A DNA stretch of 64,000 bases from Labilithrix luteola. Lineage in GTDB: Bacteria; Myxococcota_A; Polyangia; Polyangiales; Polyangiaceae. Both the position numbers and the translations under genes were made by a program. Positions 19,313-29,527 of this stretch are shown piece after piece. Position 1 is the stretch's first letter. The number at the start of each line of letters is the position of its first letter. The notes under the pieces are model-generated. The model saw only the letters and a list, made by a program, of their open reading frames with translations. It was not told where the DNA came from and ran no database searches. The stretch is from contig NZ_CP012333.1 of the NCBI RefSeq assembly GCF_001263205.1, positions 11,121,377 to 11,185,376 on the forward strand. The letters are read 5' to 3'.

Positions 19313-20350
19313 ATGCAGACGGAAGCGATGGTCATGCGCGCCACGGGCGGTCCCGAAGTCCTCGAACGAGCGACGATCGAGCTCCCTGAGCCCGGTCCAC
19401 GCGAAGTCCGGATCCGCGTGCATGCGGTCGCGCTCAACCACATCGACCTCTGGGGCCGGCGCGGGCTTCCGAACTACCGCTACGAGTTCCCGCATCGTCT
19501 CGGCGCCGACGTCGCCGGCGTGGTGGAAGCGCTCGGGCCGGGCGCGCTCAACGCAAAGGTCGGTGACCGCGTCGTCGTCAACCCTGGCCTCTCGTGCGGT
19601 GCGTGCGAGCGATGCCTGCTCGGCGAAGACACGTTCTGCAAAAGCTACCGCCTGATGGGCGAGAACGCGCAGGGAGGATACTCGCGCCACATCGTCGTGC
19701 CCGACGCGAACGTCTTGCCGATGCCGAAGCGCCTCTCGTTCACGGAGGCGGCCTCGCTCCCGCTCTGCTTTCTCACGGCGTGGCAGATGGTGGTCCGCAA
19801 AGGCCAGGTTCGTCCGGGCCAGACGGTCCTCGTCCAAGCCGCGGGCAGCGGTGTTTCGAGCGCGGCCATCCAGATCTCGAAGATGCTCGGCGCACGTGTC
19901 ATCACCACGACGAGCACCGACGAGAAGGCCGCCCGCGCCCGCAGCCTCGGGGCCGACGAGGTCATCAACTACACGTCGCAAGATTTCGTTGCAGAGTGCA
20001 AAAAGCTCACGAACAAGAAGGGCGTCGACGTCGTCATCGAGCACGTCGGCGGCGACGTCTTCGCGAAGAGCATCCTCGCCGCCGCCTGGGGCGGCCGCGT
20101 CGTCACCTGCGGCGCGACCACAGGCTTCACGCCCACGATCGATCTCCGCCACATCTTCTTCCGTCAGGTCGAAGTCCTCGGTTCGACGATGGGCCCCAAG
20201 GGCGACCTGTTCGGCATCCTCCGCCTCGTCGACGAGGGCAAACTCCAGCCCGTCGTCGATCGCGTCATGCCGCTCTGGGACGCCGCCGATGCCCACCGCC
20301 TTCTCGAAGCGCGCCAGGTCTTCGGCAAAATCGTGCTCGAAGTGGACTAG
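19313..20350 (+). CDS. Zinc-type alcohol dehydrogenase / quinone oxidoreductase (MDR superfamily)
   Basis: ATG 19313. N-terminus MQTEAMVMRATGGPEVLE...PREVRIRVHAVALNHIDLWGRRG. Rossmann motif AAGSGVSSAAIQISKMLGARV. Confidence 0.85.
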   Translation: MQTEAMVMRATGGPEVLERATIELPEPGPREVRIRVHAVALNHIDLWGRRGLPNYRYEFPHRLGADVAGVVEALGPGALNAKVGDRVVVNPGLSCGACERCLLGEDTFCKSYRLMGENAQGGYSRHIVVPDANVLPMPKRLSFTEAASLPLCFLTAWQMVVRKGQVRPGQTVLVQAAGSGVSSAAIQISKMLGARVITTTSTDEKAARARSLGADEVINYTSQDFVAECKKLTNKKGVDVVIEHVGGDVFAKSILAAAWGGRVVTCGATTGFTPTIDLRHIFFRQVEVLGSTMGPKGDLFGILRLVDEGKLQPVVDRVMPLWDAADAHRLLEARQVFGKIVLEVD

Positions 20351-20431
20351 TCCTCGCCGGAGCGAGCCACCAAACGCCCGTAGGAAGACGCACTGGAACT
20401 GGCTCCAGAATTGCTGTAGAAACGCGGCATC

Positions 20432-20596
20432 ATGCAGCGCGGAACGGCACAGATCTTTCTGGGGATTGGCCTCATTCTCATGGGAATCCTCGGCCTGAAG
20501 CTGACCGACCTCAACCTCTGGTGGATCGCCATCGCGCTCGGCGGGGTCGTCGGGACCCACGGCGGGATCTCGATTTCTCAGACCGCAAGGGTGTGA
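20432..20596 (+). CDS. Small hypothetical membrane peptide (54 aa)
   Basis: Sequence MQRGTAQIFLGIGLILMGILGLKLTDLNLWWIAIALGGVVGTHGGISISQTARV. No clear RBS. The stop codon abuts the left inverted repeat of the downstream element. Confidence 0.3.
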   Translation: MQRGTAQIFLGIGLILMGILGLKLTDLNLWWIAIALGGVVGTHGGISISQTARV

Positions 20597-20597
20597 G

Positions 20598-21027
20598 TCT
20601 CGTTCGAGGGGGAGCTGCGCTGCCCCCTCGAGCTCCCCCACGCTTGAGCCGGCGTTTGTCGGCGTGATTCTAAAGTGTGACGCCACCGCTCGCGAGACGT
20701 GGCCAGGCTCGGGTCAGCTAGGCTGGGCCCCTCGAGGGCTCCACGCCTACGTCCGCGTGGGCTGCGAGTTACGCGCCCGTGCGTGGCAACGGGATTGAAG
20801 CTGGCTCCCTCGAGTCGTTGGGCTACATACGAGCGCTGCAGCTGCCGCACATCTCGGCCCTTGCGTGCCGGCGGGCTCGATACCTGCGCACATCCCGGCC
20901 CCGACCGGAGCCGACGCGGTCTCAGTGCGCTGAATTCGATGGATGCGCGAAGTTCCCTCAAGCGCGGGCGTTAAGCGAGGGGGAGCTCGAGGGGGAAGCG
21001 CAGCTCCCCCCTCGAACAAGAACGAGA
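20598..21027. mobile_element. MITE-like non-autonomous element: ~430 bp bounded by ~42-50 bp terminal inverted repeats that each contain an internal palindrome
   Basis: Left repeat tctcgttcgagggggagctgcgctgccccctcgagctccccc (20598-20639). The reverse complement of 20977-21027 is tctcgttcttgttcgaggggggagctgcgcttccccctcgagctcccc, about 93% identical. The core contains no credible ORF. Confidence 0.5.
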
Positions 21028-21086
21028 CCGCGGGAATCGAAGAGGCATCTGGCTGGTTTCGGCCCCACCGTCCCTCGTGGTAGGAC

Positions 21087-22088
21087 GTGGCCGGATCAGG
21101 CATGCAAGACGCCCGTGAACTGAACGAAATCGTCGCGCGCGAAAGCGCGTTCGTGGATCGAATCCAGTCCGAGGTCGGCAAGGTCATCGTAGGTCAGACC
21201 TACATGATCGAGCGGATCCTGATCGGGCTGCTCACCGGTGGACACGTCCTCCTCGAGGGCGTCCCTGGGCTCGCGAAGACGTTGACCGTCCGCACACTGT
21301 GCGACGCGATCTCGTCGAAGTTCGCGCGCATCCAGTTCACGCCGGACCTCTTGCCGGCCGACGTCATCGGCACGGTGATCTACAACCAGCAGAAGGGCGA
21401 ATTCACGTCCAAGCTGGGTCCGGTCTTCGCGAACCTGGTGCTGGCGGACGAAATCAACCGCGCGCCGGCGAAGGTCCAGAGCGCCCTGCTCGAGGCGATG
21501 CAGGAGCGGCAGGTCACCATCGGCGACCGCACCTATCCCCTGCCCAATCCGTTCATCGTCATGGCGACGCAGAACCCGATCGAGCAGGAGGGCACGTATC
21601 CGTTGCCCGAAGCGCAGGTCGACCGCTTCATGCTGATGTGCAAGGTCGGTTACCCGACCCGCGAAGACGAGCGGAAGATCATGGATCGCATGACGAGCCT
21701 CGTGCCGGTGAAGGCCGAGCATGTCGTCACGCAGAGCGAGCTGCTCGACGCGCGCAAGACCATCAACCAGATCTACGTCGCCGACAAGGTGAAGGACTAC
21801 ATCGTCGACGTCGTCTTCGCCACGCGCGATCCGGCCAAACATGGCCTGAAAGACCTCGCGCCGCTCATCGAGTTCGGCGCTTCGCCCCGCGCGTCGATCG
21901 CACTGAACCTCGCGGCGCGCGCGCACGCGTTCTTGCGCCATCGCGGCTACGTCACGCCCGAAGACGTGAAGGCCGTCGGCCCCGACGTCCTCCGCCATCG
22001 CGTGGTCCTCACCTACGAGGCCGACGCCGAGGAGGTCACGAGCGAGCAGGTCGTGCGCCGCGTCTTCGAAGTGGTCGAGGTTCCCTGA
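21087..22088 (+). CDS. moxR: MoxR-family AAA+ ATPase
   Basis: Walker A LEGVPGLAKT. Walker B VLADEINRA. Sensor region conserved. GTG start 21087, alternative ATG at 21102. Confidence 0.9.
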   Translation: MAGSGMQDARELNEIVARESAFVDRIQSEVGKVIVGQTYMIERILIGLLTGGHVLLEGVPGLAKTLTVRTLCDAISSKFARIQFTPDLLPADVIGTVIYNQQKGEFTSKLGPVFANLVLADEINRAPAKVQSALLEAMQERQVTIGDRTYPLPNPFIVMATQNPIEQEGTYPLPEAQVDRFMLMCKVGYPTREDERKIMDRMTSLVPVKAEHVVTQSELLDARKTINQIYVADKVKDYIVDVVFATRDPAKHGLKDLAPLIEFGASPRASIALNLAARAHAFLRHRGYVTPEDVKAVGPDVLRHRVVLTYEADAEEVTSEQVVRRVFEVVEVP

Positions 22089-22128
22089 CCTTCTCCGACA
22101 CTCGCCCGAATTCGATCGCCCTCGCCCC

Positions 22129-23061
22129 ATGATTCCCCGCGAGATCCTCGCCGCGCTGCGCACCATCGAGATTCATACGGCGCGCCTCGCCAACGAGCAG
22201 CTCTCCGGTACGTACAAGTCGAGCTTCAAGGGTCAGGGCCTCGCCTTCCGCGAGGTCCGTCCGTACCAGCCCGGCGACGACGTCCGGACGATCGACTGGA
22301 ACGTCTCCGCGCGCATGAACGACCCCTTCGTGAAGGTGTTCGTCGAAGAGCGCGAGATGACGGTCATGCTCGCCGTCGATCTCTCCGCGAGCGAGCGCTT
22401 CGGCACGCAGCGAGCGCCCAAGGCGCGCGTCGCTTCCGAGGTAGCGGCGCTCCTCGCATTCAGCGCGATCCGCAACAACGATCGCGTGGGTCTCATTCTT
22501 TCGACCAGCAAGGTCGAGCGCATCGTGCCGCCCAAGAAGGGCGAAAAGCACGTGATGCGCGTCGTACGCGAGATCCTCGGCTTCGAGGCGCCGCATCCGG
22601 CGTCGATGCGCGAGGAGTCGAGCCATCGCGTTCCGAAGCTCGGTGCAGCGACCGATCTCAAGAGCGCACTCGAGGCGCTCGCCCACGTCGCTCGACGCCG
22701 AAGCGTGGCCTTCGTCGTGTCCGACTTCTTCACGTCCGGATACGAGCGCGCGCTCTCGCTGGCGAGCGCGAAGCACGACGTGATCGCCGTCGTCCTCACC
22801 GACAAGCGTGACTACGAGCTGCCCGACGTCGGCCTCGCCACCTTCGAAGACCTCGAGAGCGGCGAGATGATCGTCGTCGACACGTCCGACAAGCGCGTGC
22901 GCGCGCACTTCGCGTCGGAGATGAAGAAGATCCGCGACACGCGCCAGAAGCTATTTTTCAAGCTCGGAATCGACGCGGTGGAGATCGAGACGGGCGGCTC
23001 GTTCGTCAAACCCATTCGCGATCTGTTCGCGCGCCGTGCGCGCCGGGTGAGCACACGATGA
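22129..23061 (+). CDS. DUF58 (vWA-like) protein, MoxR partner
   Basis: Motifs REVRPYQPGDDVRTIDWNVSAR and VMLAVDLSASERFG. Follows moxR. ATGA overlap with the next gene. Confidence 0.85.
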   Translation: MIPREILAALRTIEIHTARLANEQLSGTYKSSFKGQGLAFREVRPYQPGDDVRTIDWNVSARMNDPFVKVFVEEREMTVMLAVDLSASERFGTQRAPKARVASEVAALLAFSAIRNNDRVGLILSTSKVERIVPPKKGEKHVMRVVREILGFEAPHPASMREESSHRVPKLGAATDLKSALEALAHVARRRSVAFVVSDFFTSGYERALSLASAKHDVIAVVLTDKRDYELPDVGLATFEDLESGEMIVVDTSDKRVRAHFASEMKKIRDTRQKLFFKLGIDAVEIETGGSFVKPIRDLFARRARRVSTR

Positions 23062-24290
23062 AGACGCGAGCGCTGCTCCTCGTCGCTTGCTCCGCCTTGT
23101 CGTTCGCGTCGTGGACGGCCGTGGCCGAGCGCGCTTCGGCCCAGGGGCCGGACGCCGGGATTACCGATGCCGGTGTGCCCTCCGACGGCGGTGCGCCTTC
23201 GTCGGTGACCGGCTGCGTCGAGAGCGTGCCGAAAGGCGCCGAGCGCCCCGCCATCGCCGAGACGTTTCCGCAGCGCGGCACAAGCGGCTGGGCAGCCACG
23301 CTCGCCATCACGGTGCAGCACGGCAAGGGCGAACGCGTACTTCCGTCGGGCCTCGATCTCTCGTCGGCCGTCGACGCCAAGAAGTACCTGAAGCAGGCCG
23401 GCTTCGCGATTCCCGATCAAGACGGAGGCGCTGCGGCGCGCCTTTGGACCGAGCCGGACGATCCGGCGAAGTCGCGCGCCACGACGCACCTCGATCTTCC
23501 GCTCGTCACGCTGCCGGAAGGTCCGGGCCGCAACATCATGCATCTGCCGCCGCTGCCCGTCGCTGTCGCGCGCGCGAACGGCGAGATCGCAACGGTGTGC
23601 ACGCATCCGCACACGATCGTCGTCGAAGATCCTACCGCCAACGTTCCGACGGCGGAGCCGAAGGGCAATCCGCCTCCGCGCCCGCAGCGCGAAGAATGGA
23701 CGTCGCTCAAGAAGGCCCTCCTCTGGGGAGGCGCGGGCCTCCTCGCAGGCGCCCTCCTCGCGTACGCGGCCTACCGGTTCTTCACGCGGCCGAAGCCTCC
23801 GCCGCCGCCCGTTCCGCCGAGGCCGCCGTGGGAGATCGCGCTCGAGAAGCTCGACGAAGTTCGTCACGCGGGCCTGCTCGAGACCGGCCGACACACGGAG
23901 TACTTCGACCGCGTGAGCGACGCCGTGCGCGGCTACCTCGGTGCGCGTTTCGGCTTCGACGGCCTCGAGTCGACCACCGACGAGATCCTCGTTGCCCTGC
24001 GCAAGCAAGGCGGCGGCTTCGTTCGCCTGGAGAGCGGCGCCGAGCTCGATCTCTTGCCGGGGCCGGCCATTCCGCTGAACGAGATCGCCGGCTTCCTCGC
24101 GGAATGCGACCTCGTGAAGTTCGCGAACCTCATGCCTTCGCCCTCGCAGTGCGCCGCTGCGCTCGACGCCGGCGAGCACATCGTGCGCACCACGTCCCCG
24201 CTTCGCGCGTTCGGTAGCGGCATCGCGAAAGAGCCTGCGCCAGCCTCCGAAGCCGTGCCCGAAAAGAGCGACGATGGAGGTGCCTCGTGA
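23058..24290 (+). CDS. DUF4381-like membrane protein of Bat-type operon
   Basis: Signal peptide, Pro-rich segment, TM helix LLWGGAGLLAGALLAYAAYRFF. Sits between the DUF58 and BatA genes. GTGA overlap with batA. Confidence 0.6.
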   Translation: MKTRALLLVACSALSFASWTAVAERASAQGPDAGITDAGVPSDGGAPSSVTGCVESVPKGAERPAIAETFPQRGTSGWAATLAITVQHGKGERVLPSGLDLSSAVDAKKYLKQAGFAIPDQDGGAAARLWTEPDDPAKSRATTHLDLPLVTLPEGPGRNIMHLPPLPVAVARANGEIATVCTHPHTIVVEDPTANVPTAEPKGNPPPRPQREEWTSLKKALLWGGAGLLAGALLAYAAYRFFTRPKPPPPPVPPRPPWEIALEKLDEVRHAGLLETGRHTEYFDRVSDAVRGYLGARFGFDGLESTTDEILVALRKQGGGFVRLESGAELDLLPGPAIPLNEIAGFLAECDLVKFANLMPSPSQCAAALDAGEHIVRTTSPLRAFGSGIAKEPAPASEAVPEKSDDGGAS

Positions 24291-25465
24291 ACCGCGTCGT
24301 GCGTGGCCTCACGGTGGCGCTCGGCACCATCGTCTTCTTCGCGCTCGGCCTGCTCTATCCCGCGCTCGCGCGAGGCGAGGCGTGGCTCACGTCGGTGTGG
24401 ACCGTGCCGGTGCTCGCATGGCTGCCCCGCGAAGCGCGATTTCCGGTGCTCGCGGCGGTCATCCTCGTCGTGTGCTCGCTCGTCGTCTGGCGCATGACGC
24501 TCGCCGCCGACACACGCACGCCTCGTCTGCGTATCTCCAGCGTGGCGCCGCTCCTCACGGGCCCGCGCGGCCTTCGCACGCGCCTTCGTGACATGCCCGG
24601 CATGCTACGCGGCGCTTGCCTCGCGCTCTGCTTGCTGGCCCTCGGTCGCCCGCAGAACGTGCTCCGCGGCGAGAACACCGACGAGCGCGGCATCGACATC
24701 GTCATCGTCCTCGACCTCTCGGGCTCGATGAAGGCTCTCATGGATGCCGACGAGTCGGGCGCGCGTTCGCAAGGTGGTCAGATCCGCCGCCTCACGCGCC
24801 TCGACACGGCGAAGGAAGTCATCCTCGACTTCGTCTCGCGTCGAAAGAACGACCGCATCGGCGTCGTCGTCTTCGGGCGAACGGCTTACATCCTCTCGCC
24901 GCCCACGCTGGACAAGTCGCTGCTCTCGACGCTCGTGAGCAAGATGGACCTCGGCCTCATCGACGGCAACGGCACCGCCATCGGCGATGCGGTCGGAACG
25001 GCGGTAGCGCGGTTGCGTCGTTCGAACGCGCGCTCCAAAGCGGTCATCCTCCTCACCGACGGTGATTCGAACGCCGGCTCGATCGCGCCCGACTACGCCG
25101 CGCACCTTGCGCAGACGCAAGCGGTCAAGGTCTACACCGTGCAGATCGGCGACGGCGACGACGTCGAGGTCCAAGACGGCGTCGATCTCTTCGGCCAGCC
25201 GCGTTTCGTGCGTCAGCACTTCCCGGTGAATCCCGAGCTGCTCAAGCGCATGGCCAGCAGCACCGGCGGAGACTCCTTCGTCGCCACCGACAAGAAGGGC
25301 CTCACGCGCTCGATGCACAGCATTCTCGACAAGCTCGAGAAGACCCGCTTCGAAGCGCAGGCGGCGACGATGGAGGACCTCTTCCCGTTCTTCGTCGTGC
25401 CGGCGGTGATGCTGCTCGCGATCGAGGCGCTCGTTCGAATCTTCCTCGTGCGGAGGTTCCCGTGA
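24287..25465 (+). CDS. batA: vWA-domain protein BatA-like
   Basis: Two N-terminal TM helices. vWA MIDAS motif IVIVLDLSGSM. GGAGG RBS. Translationally coupled on both sides. Confidence 0.85.
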   Translation: MNRVVRGLTVALGTIVFFALGLLYPALARGEAWLTSVWTVPVLAWLPREARFPVLAAVILVVCSLVVWRMTLAADTRTPRLRISSVAPLLTGPRGLRTRLRDMPGMLRGACLALCLLALGRPQNVLRGENTDERGIDIVIVLDLSGSMKALMDADESGARSQGGQIRRLTRLDTAKEVILDFVSRRKNDRIGVVVFGRTAYILSPPTLDKSLLSTLVSKMDLGLIDGNGTAIGDAVGTAVARLRRSNARSKAVILLTDGDSNAGSIAPDYAAHLAQTQAVKVYTVQIGDGDDVEVQDGVDLFGQPRFVRQHFPVNPELLKRMASSTGGDSFVATDKKGLTRSMHSILDKLEKTRFEAQAATMEDLFPFFVVPAVMLLAIEALVRIFLVRRFP

Positions 25466-26631
25466 GGTTCTTCTACGACCTCGGTGCGATGCCTTGGGCG
25501 CTCGTGGCGATTGCCTGTGCGCTCATCGTCGTCCTCTTCGCCGGCTCGCTTCTCCTGGCGTCCGTGCGCCGTGGGCGAGCCACCACGCTCTTCGGTGAGG
25601 CGAAGCTCGTCACCAAGCTCGAGTCGTTCGACGCCTCGGGCCGTCGTGCCTTCAAAAGCGTCCTCCTCGTCGTAGCACTCGCCTCTGCGTTCCTCGCGCT
25701 CGCGCGACCCCAATGGGGACGCGGCACGAAGCTCATTCCGGCCACGAACCTCGACGTGGTGATCGTGCTCGACTACTCGAAGAGCATGTACGCGCGCGAC
25801 GTCGCGCCGAGCCGTATCGCGCGTGCGAAGGCCGAGGTCAGCAAGCTCGTTCGTGACCTTCCGGGTGCTCGTTTCGGGGCCGTGGCCTTCGCCGGTGAGC
25901 CCATGAGCTTTCCGATGACGAGCGACTCGGCGGCCATCAGTCAGTTCTTCCGGCAGCTCGAGCCGAACGACATGCCCATCGGCGGTACGGCCATCGCGCG
26001 TGCCCTCGAACGCGCGCGCGAGCTCTTGGCACGCGATCCGAAGTCGAAAGAGCACGTGCGCGTCATCGTGCTGGTGACCGACGGTGAAGATCTCGAAGGC
26101 GATCCCGTGGCCATCGCGCGCTCTGCGGCCGAGGAGAAGACGCGCATCGACGTCGTGCAGATCGGCGGTCGTGCGCCCGAGCCCATCCCCGACGTCGGCC
26201 CGGACGGCAAGGTGAACGGCATCCGCAAAGACGAAGACGGAAACGTCGTCACCACCGAGCTGTCCGCCGAAGGCGAGACGCAGCTCGCCGAGATCGCCAA
26301 GGCGACAGGCGGCGCCATCGTCCGCGCCGAGAAGGGCGAGACCGGCATCGACGAGGTTGCGCGCTCGCTGAAGAAGATGATGCGCGAGGAGCTCGCCGAG
26401 CACGTCGAGACCGCGTTCGACGAGGAATACATGTGGCCGCTCGGCATCGCCACGTTGCTTCTGGTCATCGAGGGCCTCGTGCCCGAGGCGCCGCTTCCGA
26501 AGCTTCCGTCGTTCCCGCTCACGGCGATCACGGCCACCGCGCTTCCCGGCAAACGCCGCACGCCTTCGAGCAAGAAGGGGGCATCGAAGAAGAAGGACCG
26601 CGGAAGCGACGACGCGAGGAGGTCCGCATGA
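25462..26631 (+). CDS. batB: vWA-domain protein BatB-like
   Basis: TM helices. vWA motif VVIVLDYSKSM. GTG start with GGAGG RBS. ATGA overlap with batC. Confidence 0.85.
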   Translation: MRFFYDLGAMPWALVAIACALIVVLFAGSLLLASVRRGRATTLFGEAKLVTKLESFDASGRRAFKSVLLVVALASAFLALARPQWGRGTKLIPATNLDVVIVLDYSKSMYARDVAPSRIARAKAEVSKLVRDLPGARFGAVAFAGEPMSFPMTSDSAAISQFFRQLEPNDMPIGGTAIARALERARELLARDPKSKEHVRVIVLVTDGEDLEGDPVAIARSAAEEKTRIDVVQIGGRAPEPIPDVGPDGKVNGIRKDEDGNVVTTELSAEGETQLAEIAKATGGAIVRAEKGETGIDEVARSLKKMMREELAEHVETAFDEEYMWPLGIATLLLVIEGLVPEAPLPKLPSFPLTAITATALPGKRRTPSSKKGASKKKDRGSDDARRSA

Positions 26632-27641
26632 AGACGCGAACGTTCCCTCGCCTTCGTGTCGTCGTCGCCCTGAGCCTCGCCTCCAACGCGCTGCTCTTCG
26701 CTTGCGGTTGGGATCCGTCGCGTCCGTTCGATCGCGAGTCTCCCGAGGTCAATCAGGCAATCGGTCACCTCGACGGGGGAGACGCCACCACCGCCGGCGA
26801 TCTCCTTCAGACCTACTTGCAGACCGGCGCGTGCAAGGAAGGCAGCATCGGCACGCCGCCGCGCGTCCGCGCCATGGCGAACGGCTCGTTCGACCTGGGG
26901 CTCGCCATCTTCAAGATCGCCGAGCGCTACGGTCGTCGTTTCGGTGAGGAAGAAGTCGACGCCGGTCCCGCCGATGAGGCGCTCAAAGGGCAGCGAACCG
27001 AGCAGGTCGACTGTGCGCTCCGCATCGTCACCGCCATCGCGGAGGATCGCGCGGTCCCCGTCGATCTGCGCGCACGCGCGTACTACCTCCAAGGCAACCT
27101 GCACTTCTTGAACGCGAACTACGAGGAAGCCGTTCGCGCCTACGACAAGGCCCTCGAGCTCGCCCCCGGCATGGGTGACGCCGGGCCGCTCGGCGCGAGT
27201 GACGCGGGCCCGCCGATCACGCCGGACCTCGTTGGTCGCGACTCGGCGTGGAACCGCGCCATCGCGCTTCGTCGCATCGAGGACAAGAAAGACGCCGGCA
27301 ACGACGCGTCGAACGATGCCTCGCAGGACTCCGGCGGCGACAGCGGCCAGAACGACGAGAACAAGGACTCCGGTAAGGACGACAAGGACTCGGGCAAAGA
27401 CTCCGGCGGCGACAGCGGCCAGAACGACGAAAAGGACTCGGGCAAGGACTCCGGCGACGATCAGAACAAGCCGCCGCCGCCCAAGCCCGACGAGCAAGAC
27501 GCCGGCGCCCCTCCCCCGCCCTCGAAGCAGAACCAGGACGAGCGCATGCTCGACCAGCTCGAGAACGCTCCCACCGTGCAGCAAGAGGCGGCACGAAAGC
27601 AGGGCCAGAAGCGCCGCGTCCGCGGGATGAGCGACAAGTAG
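26628..27641 (+). CDS. batC: TPR lipoprotein BatC-like with acidic DSGKDSGGDSGQNDE repeat tail
   Basis: Strong RBS GAGGAGG. Lipobox LLFAC. TPR-like segment NYEEAVRAYDKALELAP. Tandem acidic repeats at the C-terminus. Confidence 0.8.
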   Translation: MKTRTFPRLRVVVALSLASNALLFACGWDPSRPFDRESPEVNQAIGHLDGGDATTAGDLLQTYLQTGACKEGSIGTPPRVRAMANGSFDLGLAIFKIAERYGRRFGEEEVDAGPADEALKGQRTEQVDCALRIVTAIAEDRAVPVDLRARAYYLQGNLHFLNANYEEAVRAYDKALELAPGMGDAGPLGASDAGPPITPDLVGRDSAWNRAIALRRIEDKKDAGNDASNDASQDSGGDSGQNDENKDSGKDDKDSGKDSGGDSGQNDEKDSGKDSGDDQNKPPPPKPDEQDAGAPPPPSKQNQDERMLDQLENAPTVQQEAARKQGQKRRVRGMSDK

Positions 27642-27643
27642 CG

Positions 27644-29527
27644 ATGCGCTGGCTTTCGTTCGTCTTCGCCATTTTCAGCGTGCTCTTCGTGGCGCGCATC
27701 GCCGGCGCCCAGCAGCAGGCGCAGGTGCAGGTGCAGGTGAACGCGACCGTCGAGACCGATCGCGTCGAGCTCGGAGACACGCTCGCCTACACGCTCCAGA
27801 TCAGCGTTCAAGGCCGAACCTCACCGTCGGATCCGAAGCCCGGATCGACGAACGGCTTCAGCGTCATCGGTGCGGGCTCTTCGCCCATGCAGATGCGCAT
27901 GAACATGAACGGCACGCCGAGCGAGATGAACAGCCTGACCACCACGTGGACGCTCCGCGCGGAGAAGGTCGGCACGTTCACGCTGGGGCCGGCCTCGGGA
28001 AGCGTCGCCGGCACACGCTACTCGGCGCGCGCGCAGCGTGTCACCGTCGTGCCTCGCGGCCAGGCCGGCGGACAGCGCCAACGTGGCGGCTCGCGCGGCA
28101 ACAGCATCACCATCGATCCGTTCGGTGGCGGCTTCGGTTCGCTGCGCGGCTTGCTCGGCATGGACGACGAGCCGCCTCAGGAAGCGCTTCGCCCCACCGG
28201 TGACCCGAAGCTCGCGCTCGACGCGCCTCGTGGTTCGACGGCCTTTTTGCACGCCACCGTCGACAAGACGCGCGCGGTGGTCGGCGAGCAGGTGACGCTC
28301 AACGTCTACCTCTACCTCGATCCTTACTCGAATCCGGGTCGCGCCTCCGACGTCCACGAAGCGAACGCCAACGACTTCGTCAAACGGTCGCTCATCGACG
28401 ACCAGGCCAACGCGCCCGACATGGGCACGGCCCTCGTGGGCGGACGCATCTGGAGCGTGAAGCTCATTCGCAAGAGCGCTCTCTTCCCGCTCCGCTCCGG
28501 CAAGCTCACGATCGACCCGATGTCGATCTCCTTCCCGCAGGGCGGCCTCGGCGTGCGCGAGTCGGAGAAGCTCTCGGTCGACGTGTCCGATCCTCCCGTC
28601 GCTGGGCGTCCCCCGGGCTACGCGCTCGGTGACGTGGGCGATTTCTCGATGCAGGCGACGGTGACTCCGCGCGCCATCGAGCAAGACGGCGCCATCGGTG
28701 TGAGCATCGAGCTCCGCGGCACGGGGAATCTTCCTTCGCAACTGCCGATGCCGGTCGTTCCCGGCGTGGAATGGCTCGAGCCCACGACGCGCGAGAAGGT
28801 CGGCGCCGTTTCGAACGACCGCTTCGGCGGAACGCGCACGTTCGAGTACGTCGTTCGTCTGCACAACGACGGCGCGATCGATCTCGGCGAGGTTCGCCTT
28901 CCGTTCTACGACGCCGACAAGCGTGCGTATGGCGTCGCCCGCGCGAGTCTCGGCATCGTAAACGTCGCCAAGGGCCTGGCTCGCGACGCTGGCGTAGAGC
29001 AGCCCGAGCCGCTCCTCGCGAACATGCCCAAGCCGCGCACGGCACTCGAGAAGCGCGGCGCGGAGAGCTACCTCACGGACTCGCCGCTCTATTGGGCAGC
29101 ACTGTTCGGCTCGCCCATCGCGTGTGTGCTGGCCATCGTCCTTGGTCGCAGCGTTCGCAAGATGCGCGAGCGACGCGCGGAGGCGGCACCGAGCCCAGAG
29201 CGTATCGCGAAGACGAGGCGCGCCGAGGCCAAGGCGGCATGCGAGGGCGACGATGCGAAGGCGGCCATCGGAAGCGTTGCGCGCGCGGTCGAAGCCGTGG
29301 TGCTCGCCGCGACGGGCGTGAATCTCCGCGGAGCCTCGCGCACGACTGCAAAGTCCGAGCTCGAGGAGGCAGGCGTGTCCGAAGCCTCTGCAACGGAGGC
29401 GCTCGACATTCTTCGCGCCTGCGAAGATGCACGCTTCTCGCCCGAAGGCGTCTCGATGGCCGACGCACGATCCCTCTGGGACCGCGCGGAAAAGGTCCTC
29501 TCCGCGATCGAGGGAGGTCGCTCGTGA
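27644..29527 (+). CDS. batD: BatD-like oxygen-tolerance protein
   Basis: 627 aa. N-terminal signal peptide, C-terminal TM. Position and size match BatD of Bat operons. Confidence 0.75.
   Translation: MRWLSFVFAIFSVLFVARIAGAQQQAQVQVQVNATVETDRVELGDTLAYTLQISVQGRTSPSDPKPGSTNGFSVIGAGSSPMQMRMNMNGTPSEMNSLTTTWTLRAEKVGTFTLGPASGSVAGTRYSARAQRVTVVPRGQAGGQRQRGGSRGNSITIDPFGGGFGSLRGLLGMDDEPPQEALRPTGDPKLALDAPRGSTAFLHATVDKTRAVVGEQVTLNVYLYLDPYSNPGRASDVHEANANDFVKRSLIDDQANAPDMGTALVGGRIWSVKLIRKSALFPLRSGKLTIDPMSISFPQGGLGVRESEKLSVDVSDPPVAGRPPGYALGDVGDFSMQATVTPRAIEQDGAIGVSIELRGTGNLPSQLPMPVVPGVEWLEPTTREKVGAVSNDRFGGTRTFEYVVRLHNDGAIDLGEVRLPFYDADKRAYGVARASLGIVNVAKGLARDAGVEQPEPLLANMPKPRTALEKRGAESYLTDSPLYWAALFGSPIACVLAIVLGRSVRKMRERRAEAAPSPERIAKTRRAEAKAACEGDDAKAAIGSVARAVEAVVLAATGVNLRGASRTTAKSELEEAGVSEASATEALDILRACEDARFSPEGVSMADARSLWDRAEKVLSAIEGGRS

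Noticed and set aside
20699-20974. 91-aa ORF inside the inverted-repeat-flanked element
   Set aside because: Arg-rich translation with no RBS. The element core is better interpreted as non-coding.
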